From Octopus vulgaris (taxonomy: Eukaryota): a stretch of 64,000 bases of DNA. The notes beneath the pieces are model-generated. The model was not told the DNA's origin. It did not search any database and saw nothing but the letters and a program-made list of their open reading frames with translations. Numbering within the stretch: position 1 is the first letter of the stretch; every line of letters begins with the position of its first letter. A program made the translations under genes and the position numbers. Positions 40,956 to 53,952 of the stretch are shown here, in pieces. The DNA lies in NCBI GenBank assembly GCA_951406725.2, contig OX597814.1:221464001-221528000 (forward strand). The letters run 5' to 3'.

Positions 40956-41815
40956 CAGGATTCAAGCGAAGCCCTTAGACAGTAAAGCATCAAGATAGAA
41001 TCATTGAAATCGCTATCGCGTACAAACAATATTTGGGGAACAAACACGTATTTACTATGGTAAACATGGATGTATAATCCAGTTTTATGAACAATCACAA
41101 AGGACCAACTGAATATACAAGGCTGCACAAGGCTGCCTATGGGTAAAAATACTACAGTAATTGCACTGCACCCAATACACTCCAAGGTGAAAGATAAACA
41201 AATTGCAAGATATGGCTTGTGGTTCACTCACTAACGCTGTTTTAGACGTAATTTTTATTGGTGAATAGAATCAAGCGAAAAAAAGTTGACATCACGTGAA
41301 CATATTTACGAATTAAATATTTCAAACCATCTTAAATACGAAGGCAAATGTCATTTTGTGATTACCCGGCCAATATTTGGTCTGAGATTCCAGATGAAAA
41401 CGTTCGTTTTTGTATGATGTAGTAATGCTGTTCACCAATAGAAAAAACATCTGAAACAGTTGTAGTGAGCGAATTCATCTGTTGTTATTTTGAGTATCTA
41501 CATACATACATCATACATACATATATACATACACACACGCACACACACACACAAATACACAAACATACACACAGATATATATAGAGATATATGAATACGT
41601 ATGTGTTTGTGTGTGTATGCATGTATGCATGTGTGTTTGTACCTATCTAAATGTTTCTAGAGCTATCCATTGACAAACTAATTATGATGTTGTACAACGT
41701 TCATGATGGACATTTTCCGTCTCTTTGCGTTTTGATTTGATGTACACTCGATGTGAACATCGTCTCTCAAAATTTCAGCGTTGATAAATGAAGTATCAGT
41801 CACCCACTGTAACCA

Positions 41816-42109
41816 AAATTGAGAGTATCATAGAAGAAGGCTTGCTCTTCCTTCCGTAGAAGAAAAGATTCAAATCGGACCATGTTAACATCAAAAATTA
41901 TTTACATAAAAAAGGTGCGTTTTTTCTATGAATGTCCCTATTTTTTACGATTTTTTGACTGCTGTGTCGCCATCTTTCGGTGTATTTCAACCAGAAAAAT
42001 GGTCACTTAAAGAGAATAACAAGCTACATAATGCAAAACTCTTACTTTTCAAAAATTCCAATTCTAAAGAGTCGAAACAAATCCGAGCAACGCCGGGCGA
42101 TACTGCTAT
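41816..42109 (+). mobile_element. Non-autonomous Helitron 3' part
   Basis: Ends CCGAGCAACGCCGGGCGATACTGCTAT, the reverse complement of the 15945 terminus. Confidence 0.65.
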
Positions 42110-43136
42110 TATATAATATTAATGTTCCAGATTAAACTATTCCGTCAACTATTGTTTCGCGTTTATGCTATAGTTTATGGACCATTCTGAGAAAGGGCTT
42201 GTTAGAACCGATACCCGTTTTTGATCAACATTTATCACCGTGCTTTGACATATTGTTGCTTTATTGTTTGTCTTGCCGTCAGGATCAATAGTATTGCAGC
42301 TTTCAAATTGTTTACTTTAATTTTGTTTGATAAACCTGGTGATGCTAGGAAGTTGGGACTCGATTTCACGGCTGCATCTACTAAAATGAATCGATTCTGA
42401 TCAACCGGTTCTGTTGCTTTCATGGAATTAAAAAAGTATTTTTCCTTAGTGCGTATCTGAGAGAAATGTTCACGATGCGTATAGGAACTGCAGGAACACG
42501 GCATAGCCTATTCCTTTTTTAAAAGACCTTTGGCAATGATTTGTGGGAAATGTTTCTGTCGGTTGAATGCACACATATCCAATCACTGTTTGAAATTAAC
42601 GTAAACTACGTAAGAATTTCAAACTGGATTCGATCCCGATCCATGATTCCTCGGGCAAGTGTTTTATACCGTAGTCTCATTTCGAACCATTATATAGACA
42701 GATTATAATGCTGGAATATTACTGGAGAAACAGTACTTCTCCTTCTCTAGTATATCTAATCCAACACTTGGTTTAATACAACTTATAATCAACAGGTCTT
42801 TTTAACGGTGTCATCTCACCTGGAAGTATATGGCTCATGTCTTTTATCTGATCTGAGGATGATGACGGGATCGCCCTGTTTCCTATGACCAAATCGTTAA
42901 AAGATAGTTTTGTAGTAAAATAAATTTGTTAAGCAAATAGTGATAGCAAAGCGCGATCTTAACAAATAAACAGTGTTGTGCTGTCATTACAAATTTTAGT
43001 TGATACAATATACATACATGCATATGTATGTCTACATCTATCTATCTGCCTGTCTTTCTGTCAGTTTGTCTGCTTGCCTGTCTGTCAGTCTGTCCTTCTA
43101 TTTGTCTGTCTGTCTGTACACACACACACACACACC

Positions 43137-43186
<50 letters not shown>

Positions 43187-43277
43187 ATTGAAAAGCAGCA
43201 GAAATATCACAAAAACTGTTACTCAGAGTTTCACGTTCCTTTTGGTCGGACAGTTTTGTTAAAATATGATATATATA

Positions 43278-43338
<61 letters not shown>

Positions 43339-43340
<2 letters not shown>

Positions 43341-43729
43341 GAGAGTATTGTAGTTCGCTTGAAGCATTGTGTATGGTTTGTAAAGAATAAAATTGTTGAA
43401 TGGTACAACAAGGCACTATAATACAGACAATGGGTTATATATCTGGGCTGTACGGGTTTTAGTATTGCAGACAGTCGACTACGAAAGACTGACAGACAAA
43501 TGGAGAAATGGTTACAGTGGGTGACTGATACTTCATTTATCAACGCTGAAATTTTGAGAGACGAAGTTGACATCCATTATAGCAGCGACTCCATCTAAGA
43601 ATATCTGAAGAAAGAATATTATTCCGAAATATCATTTCAGACAATGGATGACTAAATTACAAACAGGTATATAGCCCATTGTCTGTAATATAGTGGACTG
43701 TTGTACCATTCGAAACTTTTTATTCTTTA
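43339..43729 (+). mobile_element. Fold-back non-autonomous element with canonical hammerhead core
   Basis: 43381-43445 is inverted to 43665-43729; (TA)n on both flanks; 43510-43574 recurs inverted at 41752-41815. Confidence 0.75.
43599..43638 (+). ncRNA. Candidate minimal type I hammerhead ribozyme
   Basis: GAATAT-CTGAAGA-AAGAAT att ATTCC-GAA-ATAT-C-ATTTC; outer pairing CATCCATT (43571) / AATGGATG (43643). Confidence 0.6.
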
Positions 43730-43736
43730 TATATAT

Positions 43737-43805
<69 letters not shown>

Positions 43806-43984
43806 TAACAACTAATATGTTGTTTTATCAATAGCCATATATCTGGACATAGTTTCTTGTCTAAATCTGTGAAGCGCTGGTTAAAATCTATTGCACTATT
43901 TGGTTTCATTGTAATGAGGTACCAGCCAGTAATACGATTAAAATGAAGTCAACACGGCCAAAAGAGTAAATATTCGCTTCTGAC

Positions 43985-44440
43985 AGGTAACTATACAAAT
44001 TAGTTCCATACTAATCGAGAGGCTGCTAATTGCACAGATGAGATTCTCAATATTAATATCTTCAATATGCTAATGAGGAAACTGTTACTACGAAAGTAAG
44101 TATGCAAATGATGTCAACGATACCGAGAGGTTAATTATGGAAATGATGTACCTGCAACTAAGAGAATAATTATGGAAATTATATGCTACTACCAAAAAGG
44201 AGCAGTATGTAAATAACCTTCTCCCTAAAAATACCTTAAGTATGCAAATTAGATACCAGCATTGTACAAGGTAAGTATGCAAATTAGATTCTCATAGGAA
44301 AAAGTCCTCAAATAATGAACCCTTAAGGTTTCAACTAATTAGAGTGTAATTATGTACATTAATTCTCCACTGCCCAAACAGTAAGCATACAAATTATGTA
44401 TGTCCCTGCTACTAAGAGAGATATAATGGAAATATATTCT
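43985..44440 (+). repeat. Degenerate 35-bp tandem array centred on octamer-like ATGCAAAT
   Basis: Motifs at 44067, 44102, 44137, 44172, 44207, 44242, 44277 (exact 35-bp period) and at 44352, 44387. Confidence 0.8.
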
Positions 44441-44662
44441 TCTGCTCAAATGTGAATAAGTTGCTCAAGACCTTCCGGCGTCTTAGTTTGTTGCTCATCC
44501 TAACCCCACTATCGATAAAAGAAGCGCCGCCACCATTCTGATTCATTTATACCTTTGTACGGCTAACATAGTTACAAATTTTATTTGATATATTTTCTGC
44601 CAGCAGCACAACTGCATTAATTCATTTCTTTGGTCTTCTCCATACATACATACATACATACA

Positions 44663-44716
<54 letters not shown>

Positions 44717-44869
44717 AATGTATGTGTATATATATACACATACACACATATATATTTATACATACATATATATATACATACATATATACATACCTATATA
44801 TATATACACATACATATAACCTATATATATATATATATATATATATTATTACATATATAAATACATATA

Positions 44870-45470
44870 ACTCGATTAACAAATGATTCCTTTTTGTGAC
44901 GGGAAAGTAGCATAATGCAGGATTCCAAACGTTGCTGTTTCTGATTTTCATTGAGTTCATGTGGAACCCACTTATCCAGCTTCTTCAGTTTACCAATTTG
45001 AACTAGGTGAGTCATTATTGTTTGCTTGCTAACATCAAACAGCAACAATAATTCACGGGCACTTTCAGATGGATCTGACTGGACGGTGACATTCAGTTCG
45101 TCATCATCCATTTTTGTTTCTGGTCGACCGCGTTGCTCATTTGTGAGGTCAAAATTACCACAACGAAATTTTGAAAACCAACTTGGTACATTCTGGTGTG
45201 TCATGACATTAGAATGAAATACTCCGTTAATATTCCGAGCTATCTGTGCTGTATTTCAAAGAAAGAACTCATATTTCAAAACTGTACGAATTTCCGACTT
45301 ATCCATCTCAAAACAAAAATAGCAAAAAACTATTTATAAATAATTCAGAAGGTGCAAAATTGGAAAGAATAAAGAAATACGTGTCAGCTTTCTAAAATAA
45401 AAATAAAGATTGGTGCAAAATGAACAACTCTCAAGGTTTACCATTTACCTTATTACAAAGTTCATACTTG
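44870..45470 (-). mobile_element. Mariner remnant (N-terminal half of transposase)
   Basis: WFSKFRCGNFDLTNEQRGRP..KLDKWVPHELNENQKQQR: HTH region and WVPHEL linker. Confidence 0.9.
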
Positions 45471-45512
45471 ACGACCATATATATATGTGTGCATACATAC
45501 ATCTCTCTCTCT

Positions 45513-45555
<43 letters not shown>

Positions 45556-45570
45556 ATATACATATATATA

Positions 45571-45919
45571 TTAGCAGAGATACTCGGCGCTGCTCGGAAT
45601 TAAAATACGTATTTCTTTATGGTTTTAATTGTTTCGGTCATGTGACTGTAGCCATGCTAGAGCACCGTCTTTAGAAATGGGGCAGAGGATTTATTCTTTA
45701 TAAGCATAGTACTTATTCTATCGGTGTATATTGCCAAACGGCTAAGTTACGCGAACGGAAACTCAGCAACATCGGTTGTCAAGTGATGGTAGATGTAGAA
45801 ATACAGACACACGCACACGAAACGTAAAAGACTTTTTCTATTCCTGAGCGCTATACTAATACATTTGTTTGTTTGTACTCCACCAGCCTTCGTCTTTTGT
45901 TTATTTTCGTAAACTTTCC

Positions 45920-45976
<57 letters not shown>

Positions 45977-46549
45977 CATACTTATATATACATATATATA
46001 CATATATATACATGTATATGTTTATATACATGTATATATATATATATGTATATCTACATATGTATATATAGATATATATATATACATATATATACCTAAT
46101 AAAACACATATCTATATGTTTATATATATATATATGTATGTATGTATGTGTTTATATACATGTATATATGTATGCATGTACCTATGTGAGATAATAGGTC
46201 CACTTTTAATACTTTCAGTAGCAATAGCTCCCCTATGTACATATTATGTACATAATATAAATATTAATAGTGAAACTATTTCAACTGAAAGTATTATCTA
46301 ACATTACAATAGAGATGCTATTGTTACACTTTTGACACGCAATACTGAATTAGTGTAAGGAATTGCTCTGGGCTCGCATTAGGAAAGAATCTGAAAATGC
46401 TTTTGATTCATGACACTGCAAGGACCATAATTAAGGCATGTGTAAAATTTGAATGAATTCGGTTAGGTAATTCTCGTGTTCTCGTGATGCACACATGCAA
46501 GCAGGCAGACAAGCACACATTCTCAGTTTTATATTTATATATATAAAGA
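45571..46549 (-). mobile_element. Degenerate non-autonomous Helitron with nested SINE A fragment (45625-45810) and microsatellites
   Basis: TTAGCAGAGATACTCGGCGCTGCTCGG end and AAAATTTGAATGAATTCGG..GCAGAC..TATATAAAGA end; SINE A 3' half inside. Confidence 0.55.
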
Positions 46550-46779
46550 AGGACATATTTAGAGAGAGACCGGAATGTGGGACATAGAAATACTCAAGAT
46601 AGTGAACGAACGTACTTGAAGTCCACTTAAATGTGTTGGGCCCTAGTTCTTTTCAGAACAGCCATATCGGATATGTAACACTCGGAATTGTATCCGCAAT
46701 AATACCTAGTGATCTGCCTTGGTGGCTGAAATGTCGGAGAAGGAAACTTTAATATAAAATCGTGTTTGAAATAGTCCTA

Positions 46780-48500
46780 GATGACCTACCACAGCGCCTT
46801 GATTTTGAAGAAACGATTATTAATCCTAATATAAAAGTCAGAACTGCCATTAAGCAGGGGAATTACGAGTAGGCCTCCAACAATGAGACTATGGTATATA
46901 TACTGAAGTGATTATGCAAAACGGGATGTGCTGTCAGACCATACGACTACACCAACTTTAAACCAATGGAAGTGTTCGCCAGTTCCCCAGGATTGTAAAG
47001 ATGATATACCGATTCCGTAGTACAAGTAGAAAACGTCAAGTCTGTTTCTGAAAATTTCCTGGTACTTCCTTTCTTGTAATTGTTGGTAAGATATTACCTA
47101 GATTTGTAACCAATCGACCGCACAGTGAGTCTCTTTTCCCGAAGTCTCTTGATGTGGATCTAAAACTCATACCACAGATATGAGTTATAGTGTTATACAG
47201 TTTCAGGAGAAGTTAAAACATCGAAGCCTTTTCTTTTACTAATATTTCGTCGATTTAGTGAATGTTTTTGATACTGTAGATAGTATTGTGGGAGATAGTC
47301 TTAACGCTGTTGTATCAACCTACTTTTGTTGATATATTTGTCCAACTGCACAATTACATGAAGGCCTTCATGTGGGTGTGGATATGTCAACTAAAATAGA
47401 GCTCTATCGGAACTGATTCCAGTTTAACTCAAGAGAGTTACATTGAGTAATGTAGCAGCACCATCTTCGTTCTCCATATATATCGTAGTTGTGATAGCTG
47501 AAATTATTTAAGTATTCTGGTCTAGGGATCGTTGTTCACTATCGCACAAGAAGTCATCTGTTTAATCTCAATCACCTGGAATCTAAATCGATATCCTTTA
47601 TAACTCTTAATTGCAAATTGGGGTATGCTGACAATTGTGACAGTATGGAACTACATATTCAGACAATATTAAAATTCTTTTTTAGTGCAGTGCTAATTTT
47701 GGACTTAATAGAAAATAAAAGTGATATTTAGATCTGCTCCAGAAGAGCCGTATTGAGAATGCAGTACACTTGTCCAAGAGATGAGACTTAATGTAGTGTT
47801 TTCTTTTGTGCATCTGGGCAGCTTCGTTTCAGTGATGGATCCCTACATCACAAACTCAACTTAGCGATTGAGAACTCTTCAATTTGGTTTGAGACATTGA
47901 AGAACTGAGTGCGGTTAGACGGGGAGTATGAATCTGATCCCCAAGACTTGTATATAAGATCTCAACTCCACTTATCTAAGACAGAGGATCAAAATACTAG
48001 AAGGGTGTCACCAAAAGCGTCCACGGCGTATTTTAAATATCAACCGGAGTCTTTGTACTTGACACAGAAGAGCTGGAAACGGTGGAGTCTGTGATTGTTG
48101 ACGCCTTTTGTCATCAAGTATATGCGATGGATTGATCATGTAAACGTACTAAAGATTTTTTGGCTTCCAAAGTTATTACTTTAAGAAGAATGAATACTTG
48201 GTAAATGTCTCCAGCACAAATAAAAAAAAAACAAAAGAGAGAAGAATAAAGAAATGGAAAAAATCATAACATCACAAACAATAATGTTAAGCCGTTGAAC
48301 ATCAGATATGTACATTAGAAAATTCTTGGACTGAATAGAAGCAAATAGTGATGTATAACAAGTCGAAATAGCCTGCAGCATGAGAAGATGAACATTGCCC
48401 TCCAAATAGTGAAACGTTATGCTCGAAAACATTTGACTGTTGAAATTCTGCATGTTTGAGTATCTAGGGATAATCTCATCTGCGAAATCGGTGGTCGCAT
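46780..48500 (+). mobile_element. Old, heavily degenerate RTE LINE (RT region)
   Basis: Fragmented IVGKIL, QFQEK, IFVDLVNVFDTVD (about 47250), YADNCD (about 47625) and F.HLGS motifs in the expected order. Confidence 0.7.
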
Positions 48501-48890
48501 TATAGCAGCAAAAGTCAGACTTTTCATCCATAAAATGTCACATATTAATGAAACAAATAAGAACGATTATATGTCAACCCTAGCGGAGCACTAATCTTTA
48601 ACATGTCGACAGGTGGGTTGATCTAGTGGAGAGGGGCATAAATCCATTTAGGATAAATGCCCAAGGCCAAGACTTCAGTGGTTGTTATTTCGGGCAAAAT
48701 ATTACTACGTTTGTCAACAGACACATAAATCAAAATGATAGTTGTATACATAACTGAGATCCCATGTTAGAAATGCTATCAAACATTTTATAGGAATATG
48801 TCGAAGATATAAAATCGGTTACACATGAAATACAGAGTTGTTGAAAATTAGGCATACATACATATATATATATATATGTGTGTGTATATG

Positions 48891-49003
<113 letters not shown>

Positions 49004-49082
49004 TTACATATATGCATATATACACACATATACATACGTACGATGGACTCTTCTGTGAAAGGCGGCGTTTCAGCGTTCAACA

Positions 49083-49330
49083 TTTTGCCGAACGATCTTC
49101 ACAAATGATTTGTTTATAGTGATCAGATGTATGTGCCTTACTTTAGCTTACTCTCTCCATCAAATCGACGTTGTCTGAACAGGTGCACGCTATACCACGC
49201 GTCAGGTGGCGACGTTATCGCAGAGCAACTTGAGATGAAACGGTTGCCCAAAAACACAGCTCACCACCCCTCGGTCTAGGAATTAAAATCACGATCGCGG
49301 TCCTAAGGGTAGTAGCTTAACCTCTAATCC
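49083..49330 (-). mobile_element. SINE family C, diverged
   Basis: TTTTGCCGAAC..TTATAGTGATCA..AGCTTACTC.CTCCATCAAA.CGAC..ATCGCAGA.CAAC shared with 7245-7519. Confidence 0.7.
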
Positions 49331-49619
49331 ATATATAAACGAACGAATGGATTATATGGTTTCACTGTAATGTTTCATTAAATGATATTTTATTATTACA
49401 TTATGTTGTTGTGTAGCACGTTCAACTTCTATAAGAATATGCAATAATTTACAATTAATCTCCCAACAAAGGTCAATAATCGATGTGCTGTGAGAATAAC
49501 GAGTCCAACAACATGAACATTCAAAGTAGGAATACCCACAATTCAATATAGAAATGAGTGGTAGTGCGATCAGCGTATCAGAATTGTTGAGATAAAGTAA
49601 ATTATTTCGCAACTTCATC

Positions 49620-49960
49620 TAAGGTATTACAAATAAAAAATAACCTTAGGGTTACAAACCTCATGAATATCCTTCTGGATCACAACTCGGACTTATTCTA
49701 TCGCTTCCACAAGCCAGATGGAAATCTAAACGACGTAAACTTTATTCTAATCACTCGAGAAGTATAATAAATTCGATTATTATACGCATCTCTACTACAA
49801 TTTCTAATCTATCAATTGATGAGGATATCTTTAGGCAACATTCTAAATACCATAACAGACACCTGTATATAGATTATTATAAAGAAAAGATTACCTTTAT
49901 AACTCCATCCAACGATTCTATAAATAGCAATGGAGTTAACAAACCCGGTCTCTATATCAA
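49620..49960 (+). mobile_element. Penelope-like RT thumb fragment
   Basis: LFYRFHKPDGNL..YSNHSRSII..SNLSIDEDIF..YKEKITF matches the PLE pattern Y.KPN..SNHP..I..IS.LS...IF..GY. Confidence 0.6.
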
Positions 49961-50124
49961 CTAAACGTAATCGTATTAAAAACCTTACCAATAATGTTGA
50001 CGATGACAACGATGATGATAATTTCATAATTATAAACGTAATTGTATTGATAACAATAACATCATCACCAGCAGTATCAGCAGCAGTAACAACAAGAACA
50101 ATAAGTCAAATGAGGTAAGATTAC

Positions 50125-50640
50125 TCATATAGCTAGTGAATGTAGTATACTGGCACAGAAAGAATACAAAATACATGAAAGACATGACAACCCAGGGAAA
50201 ATAATCCACGGTGAGTTATGTAGAAAGGTAGGATTTACCTGTACTGATAAGTAGTTTGAACATGGGTCTAGTAAAATGCTAGAAAATAAGAAATATAAGA
50301 TGTGAGATTTTAACATTCAGACAGAGTGAAACAAGCTAGATGGTGTGATTTAGAAGAGAATGGAAAGTGACTGGTAATCAACTTCATAGTCCCAAATGAT
50401 GAGAAAGTTAATGAGACGTAGAGGGGAAATGGCAAAGCACCAGGACCTGGTCATTGAGTTATAGAGGTCTTGGAAAGTGCGGCTAAAATGTGTTCCGGTA
50501 GTTACAGGAACTATCACTAAAGATTTCAATAGATGAATAGAAGAAATAGGCATAAAACATAGTTTAGTGCAGCCCTAGAGAAGATTATTAAATAGGACAG
50601 CTGGGATATTTATGAAGGTACTTGGCATCTACAGTTACTT
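50125..50640 (+). mobile_element. R4/Dong-like LINE C-terminal (CCHC plus restriction-like endonuclease) remnant
   Basis: HIASECSILAQKEYK..RHD..KIIH.ELC, DFNIQT, VPND.KV, K.QDL, VPVV.G, GTAGI..KVL. Confidence 0.75.
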
Positions 50641-50699
50641 GTTGTGTGCATATGAAATAATCAGAATAATGGCTTCAAATTGTGGTACAAAGCCAACTA

Positions 50700-50826
50700 A
50701 CGCGATGGAAGGGTTAAGCACATTTCATCAGCCCGTGCTAAACTGATACTTATTTTATTGATTACGGAAGGATGAAAGGCAAAGTCGGCCATGGTGGAAT
50801 TTCAACTCAGAACGTAAAGACGGAGG
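50700..50826 (-). mobile_element. SINE family B lacking its head
   Basis: TACTTATTTTATTGA..GAAGGATGAAAGGCAAAGTCGGCC..GGAATTTCAACTCAGAACGTAAAGACG. Confidence 0.75.
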
Positions 50827-50832
50827 TAAAGA

Positions 50833-52010
50833 TGATTTCTTTTATTGGCTACAAGGGCCCACGATATGCAGGACAATATGGAAAGACGAGATACAACACG
50901 CAAAATGAGACATTACAACCAATAAGGATACTGAAAACTATATAATTGATAAATAGAATCCCTAGTATTAGGGTAGTCCACTTATGAAAATTCAAAGAAC
51001 ACCTCACACAAAATATCCTGTATTATTCTTCCATCTCAAAAGAATGGGTTTCATCTTTCATTTTCTTTTTTTCTACTTAGAAAAGCGTACTTTTATCAAG
51101 TGGGTATGATATTTTGTAATTTTATAAAATTAATATTAGTTGTCTCAAACTTCAGATTATATGTAAAGTCAGCTTCACCAGTGTTGCCGCTCGAGTTTAC
51201 CTTTTGATGAAGACACTAAAAGATAACACCTCCATCCCTACTCATACCTTTCTCTTCAAAATATAGTGGCTGAAGCTGATGAGCTTGGCCAGATAGTTGA
51301 GAGTATCTCAAACCTTTTAGACGGGTCCACCTTACAGCTTTTTTGCCACTGTCACTTAGCAGAGAAAGATCTGCCTCTCTTCTCTGCTGGATTAGTTTTA
51401 CACGAGGCAGTAGCTACTCAATACAAGCAGAAAAGTCACTAATGCACGGACACTGAGTAATTGTGTGCACGACGGTTTCGTCCTCTTGCATGCATCACAG
51501 GCAGATCTGGCTGCTGACGCTTACATGCCTCAAACAGGCAATGCTCCCTTGGAGCACAGTTCTTCGTCGCTAGATTCCTCAGAAGTGATAACTCCCAGTG
51601 TTCTCGTCGAAGCTCAGAGTCAATCCTGAGCTATTGTCGCTCATACCCTGAATGTGCCTCCTACAGAAATCTTCAGTTGTTTTCCTGTTAACAGATTTGT
51701 CCTTCTGGTACAATGCAATGAGAGCCAGACAATATTCTAGAAGCCATTAACCCAATCTTGGTCTACATTTGAACCTTGACTGCAACTCAGTCAATGAGAT
51801 GAGTTGCGGAAAAACGTGTTACCCGATCGATGTCCATATTACTTCACTCTTATTTTCGTTGTCATTGTTAACATTATCTTGGCAATTTAGATATTTCTGC
51901 ACGTGCGTCAGCCTCAACGTATAGCGACGCACCATCGAGAAATGCCATGGACTGAGTGTTGACAGCAGATGAATTTTCTGACCAGTGGAACCAGGCCTTT
52001 CTGGTTAAAT
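50833..52010 (-). mobile_element. Second Tx1/L1-like LINE 3' fragment, degenerate
   Basis: GATTTCTTTTATTGGCTACAAGGGC..GGACAATA mirrors 2285-2334; 51190-51270 mirrors 1920-2030. Confidence 0.65.
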
Positions 52011-52269
52011 ATTTAAGCTATAAAACCTTACTACTAGTCATTGATTTAAAACTGAATATAATCATCCATAACCTATTTATTGTTCGAATAATATAAAATA
52101 AGGGGGTATGATATTTTGCAATTTTATAAAATTAATATTATTTGTCTCAAATTTGAAATAATCTCTCTTCCTTAGATTATACGTTTCATTAAACCTATTT
52201 CTTCCACGCTTCCTTTTGCAAGTGGAGTTATTCATTTTGGTTACTTTCATATATTGGATTAAAATTTCG

Positions 52270-52472
52270 ACACATGGTCAAGGAGTTCGAGGAGTGGAGT
52301 AAGTCGATTACATTGACGCCCCCGCCCACTCTTCTGCAAATGGCAATTATTTTATCGATATCGAAAAGATGAAAGGCAGAGGACCTCGGCGTAATTTGAA
52401 CTCAACGTAGGGACAGCCGAAATGCCGCCAAGTATTTTGTCCGGCGTGCCAACGAATCTGCCCGCTCGTCAC
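52270..52472 (-). mobile_element. SINE family B, diverged
   Basis: TTTTATCGATATCGAAAAGATGAAAGGCAGAGGACCTCGGCGTAATTTGAACTC..CCGGCGTGCCAACGAATCTGCC. Confidence 0.75.
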
Positions 52473-52649
52473 CGTTTTATTTTCTTATATCAGATTTCAT
52501 TTAATTTTTTATACATAGTAATATTTTTGAAATATAAGGATTTGGGTGATTTAATTCATCATTTTCTTTAATTTTATTATTTATAAGAAGTAGGGAAATA
52601 TTGTTATAATCAGATAGGTTCCTAGTTCTTCTACTATAAATCCTGTAAA

Positions 52650-52868
52650 GGGGTGAGTTGGCAGAAACTTTAACATGACGGTAGAAAGGTTTAGCGGTAT
52701 TTCGTCTGTCTTTACGTTCTGTGTTCAAATTCCGCCCAGGTCGATTTTGCTTTTCATCCTTTCGTGGGGTCGATAAATTACGTACCAGTTGTGTACTGGG
52801 GTCGATCTAATCAACTGGTCTCCCTTCACCCAAAATTTCGGGCCTTGTGCCTAGAGTAGAAAAGACTA
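52650..52868 (+). mobile_element. SINE family B with alternative tail
   Basis: Head and body as 5361, but tail is CCCAAAATTTCGGGCCTTGTGCCTAGAGTAGAAAAGA. Confidence 0.85.
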
Positions 52869-53349
52869 TAAGTTCTTTTTTTCCTTTTCTTTTAATTGCC
52901 ATAGAAATAACTGTTTTACAAATTGTATTCTAATTTTCCAATATTGAAGCTAGCGTACGTTTATATCTTTAGAAATTATGAATTAACTAAAGGTTATAAG
53001 TATCTCTCTATGCTTAATTTGAACGTATGTTTGATTATGTCAGCGCCACTACCATATGACCGATTATAGTTGTCTTTTCCTACATTAATTTATCGTATGA
53101 TGGTTTCCTTTATTCGGTTAATATCATTAGCCTATGTACTTATGATTTCTCAATGATTTAATACATACTTTTTTTTTCTCTCCCCCAATCCGTTAATCAT
53201 TTCTCTTTTGGAGACGCTCTTAAATCTCTATACATTAATTCTATATATATTTTATCTATTCACTATTAGCTATCTCTTTCTTAATTAACTTTAGTGAATT
53301 CATTCTCCTTATACTGCAGTAATTAAATTGAACACATCCGTACATCTTT

Positions 53350-53437
53350 TTTTATTACATACTAATAGTTTTTTATTACATACTAATAGTTTTATTACAT
53401 ACTAATAGTTATTACATACTATTACATACTAATAGTT
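53350..53437. repeat. About 20-bp minisatellite TTATTACATACTAATAGTT
   Basis: Four to five imperfect tandem copies read directly. Confidence 0.9.
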
Positions 53438-53749
53438 CCACTCAGTTTTGGATACTCTTGGATTTGCGTATTATCAAACACTAGTGATCATTCTCTCATT
53501 GATGAGCCCTTCGCTAATGGAATGAATTTTTTATCTGTTGTTGTCTGTCTTTCTGTCTAGCCATCAAATATAATGTGCTTCACACACATTGATCCCTTTT
53601 AATCTCTCTCTCTCTCTCTCTCGTTCTCCCTCTCTTTCTTTCTTCCACCTCTCTCTCTCTCTGTATATATTTATAGATAGATAGGTAGGTAGAGAGAGAG
53701 ATAGGGAGAGTTGATAAATCATGTCTCTATTATTGCATTTAAGTGAATG

Positions 53750-53952
53750 AAATTGACAGAAGGTGGAGAATTTTTCGTCACAGACAAGTGAAGTTTGGAA
53801 AAGAGGCCTTGCAAGTCTATCAGATAGATGGAAGAGTATTGTAAAAAATGAAGGAGTGTATATTTTAGATTAAAAAAGAACATTATTCATCTTAATTTTG
53901 AAAAATAAAAGAAATATAAAAGAAACCGCATTATTTATGGGATGACCCAATA
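53750..53952 (+). mobile_element. Mariner 3' end
   Basis: FSSQTSEVWKRGLASLSDRWKSIVKNEGVYILD-stop, then TIR-like TTATTTATGGGATGACCCAATA. Confidence 0.7.

Noticed and set aside
43985-44440. CRISPR-like reading of the regularly spaced repeat
   Set aside because: Eukaryotic context, short degenerate repeat, partly related spacers and no cas genes
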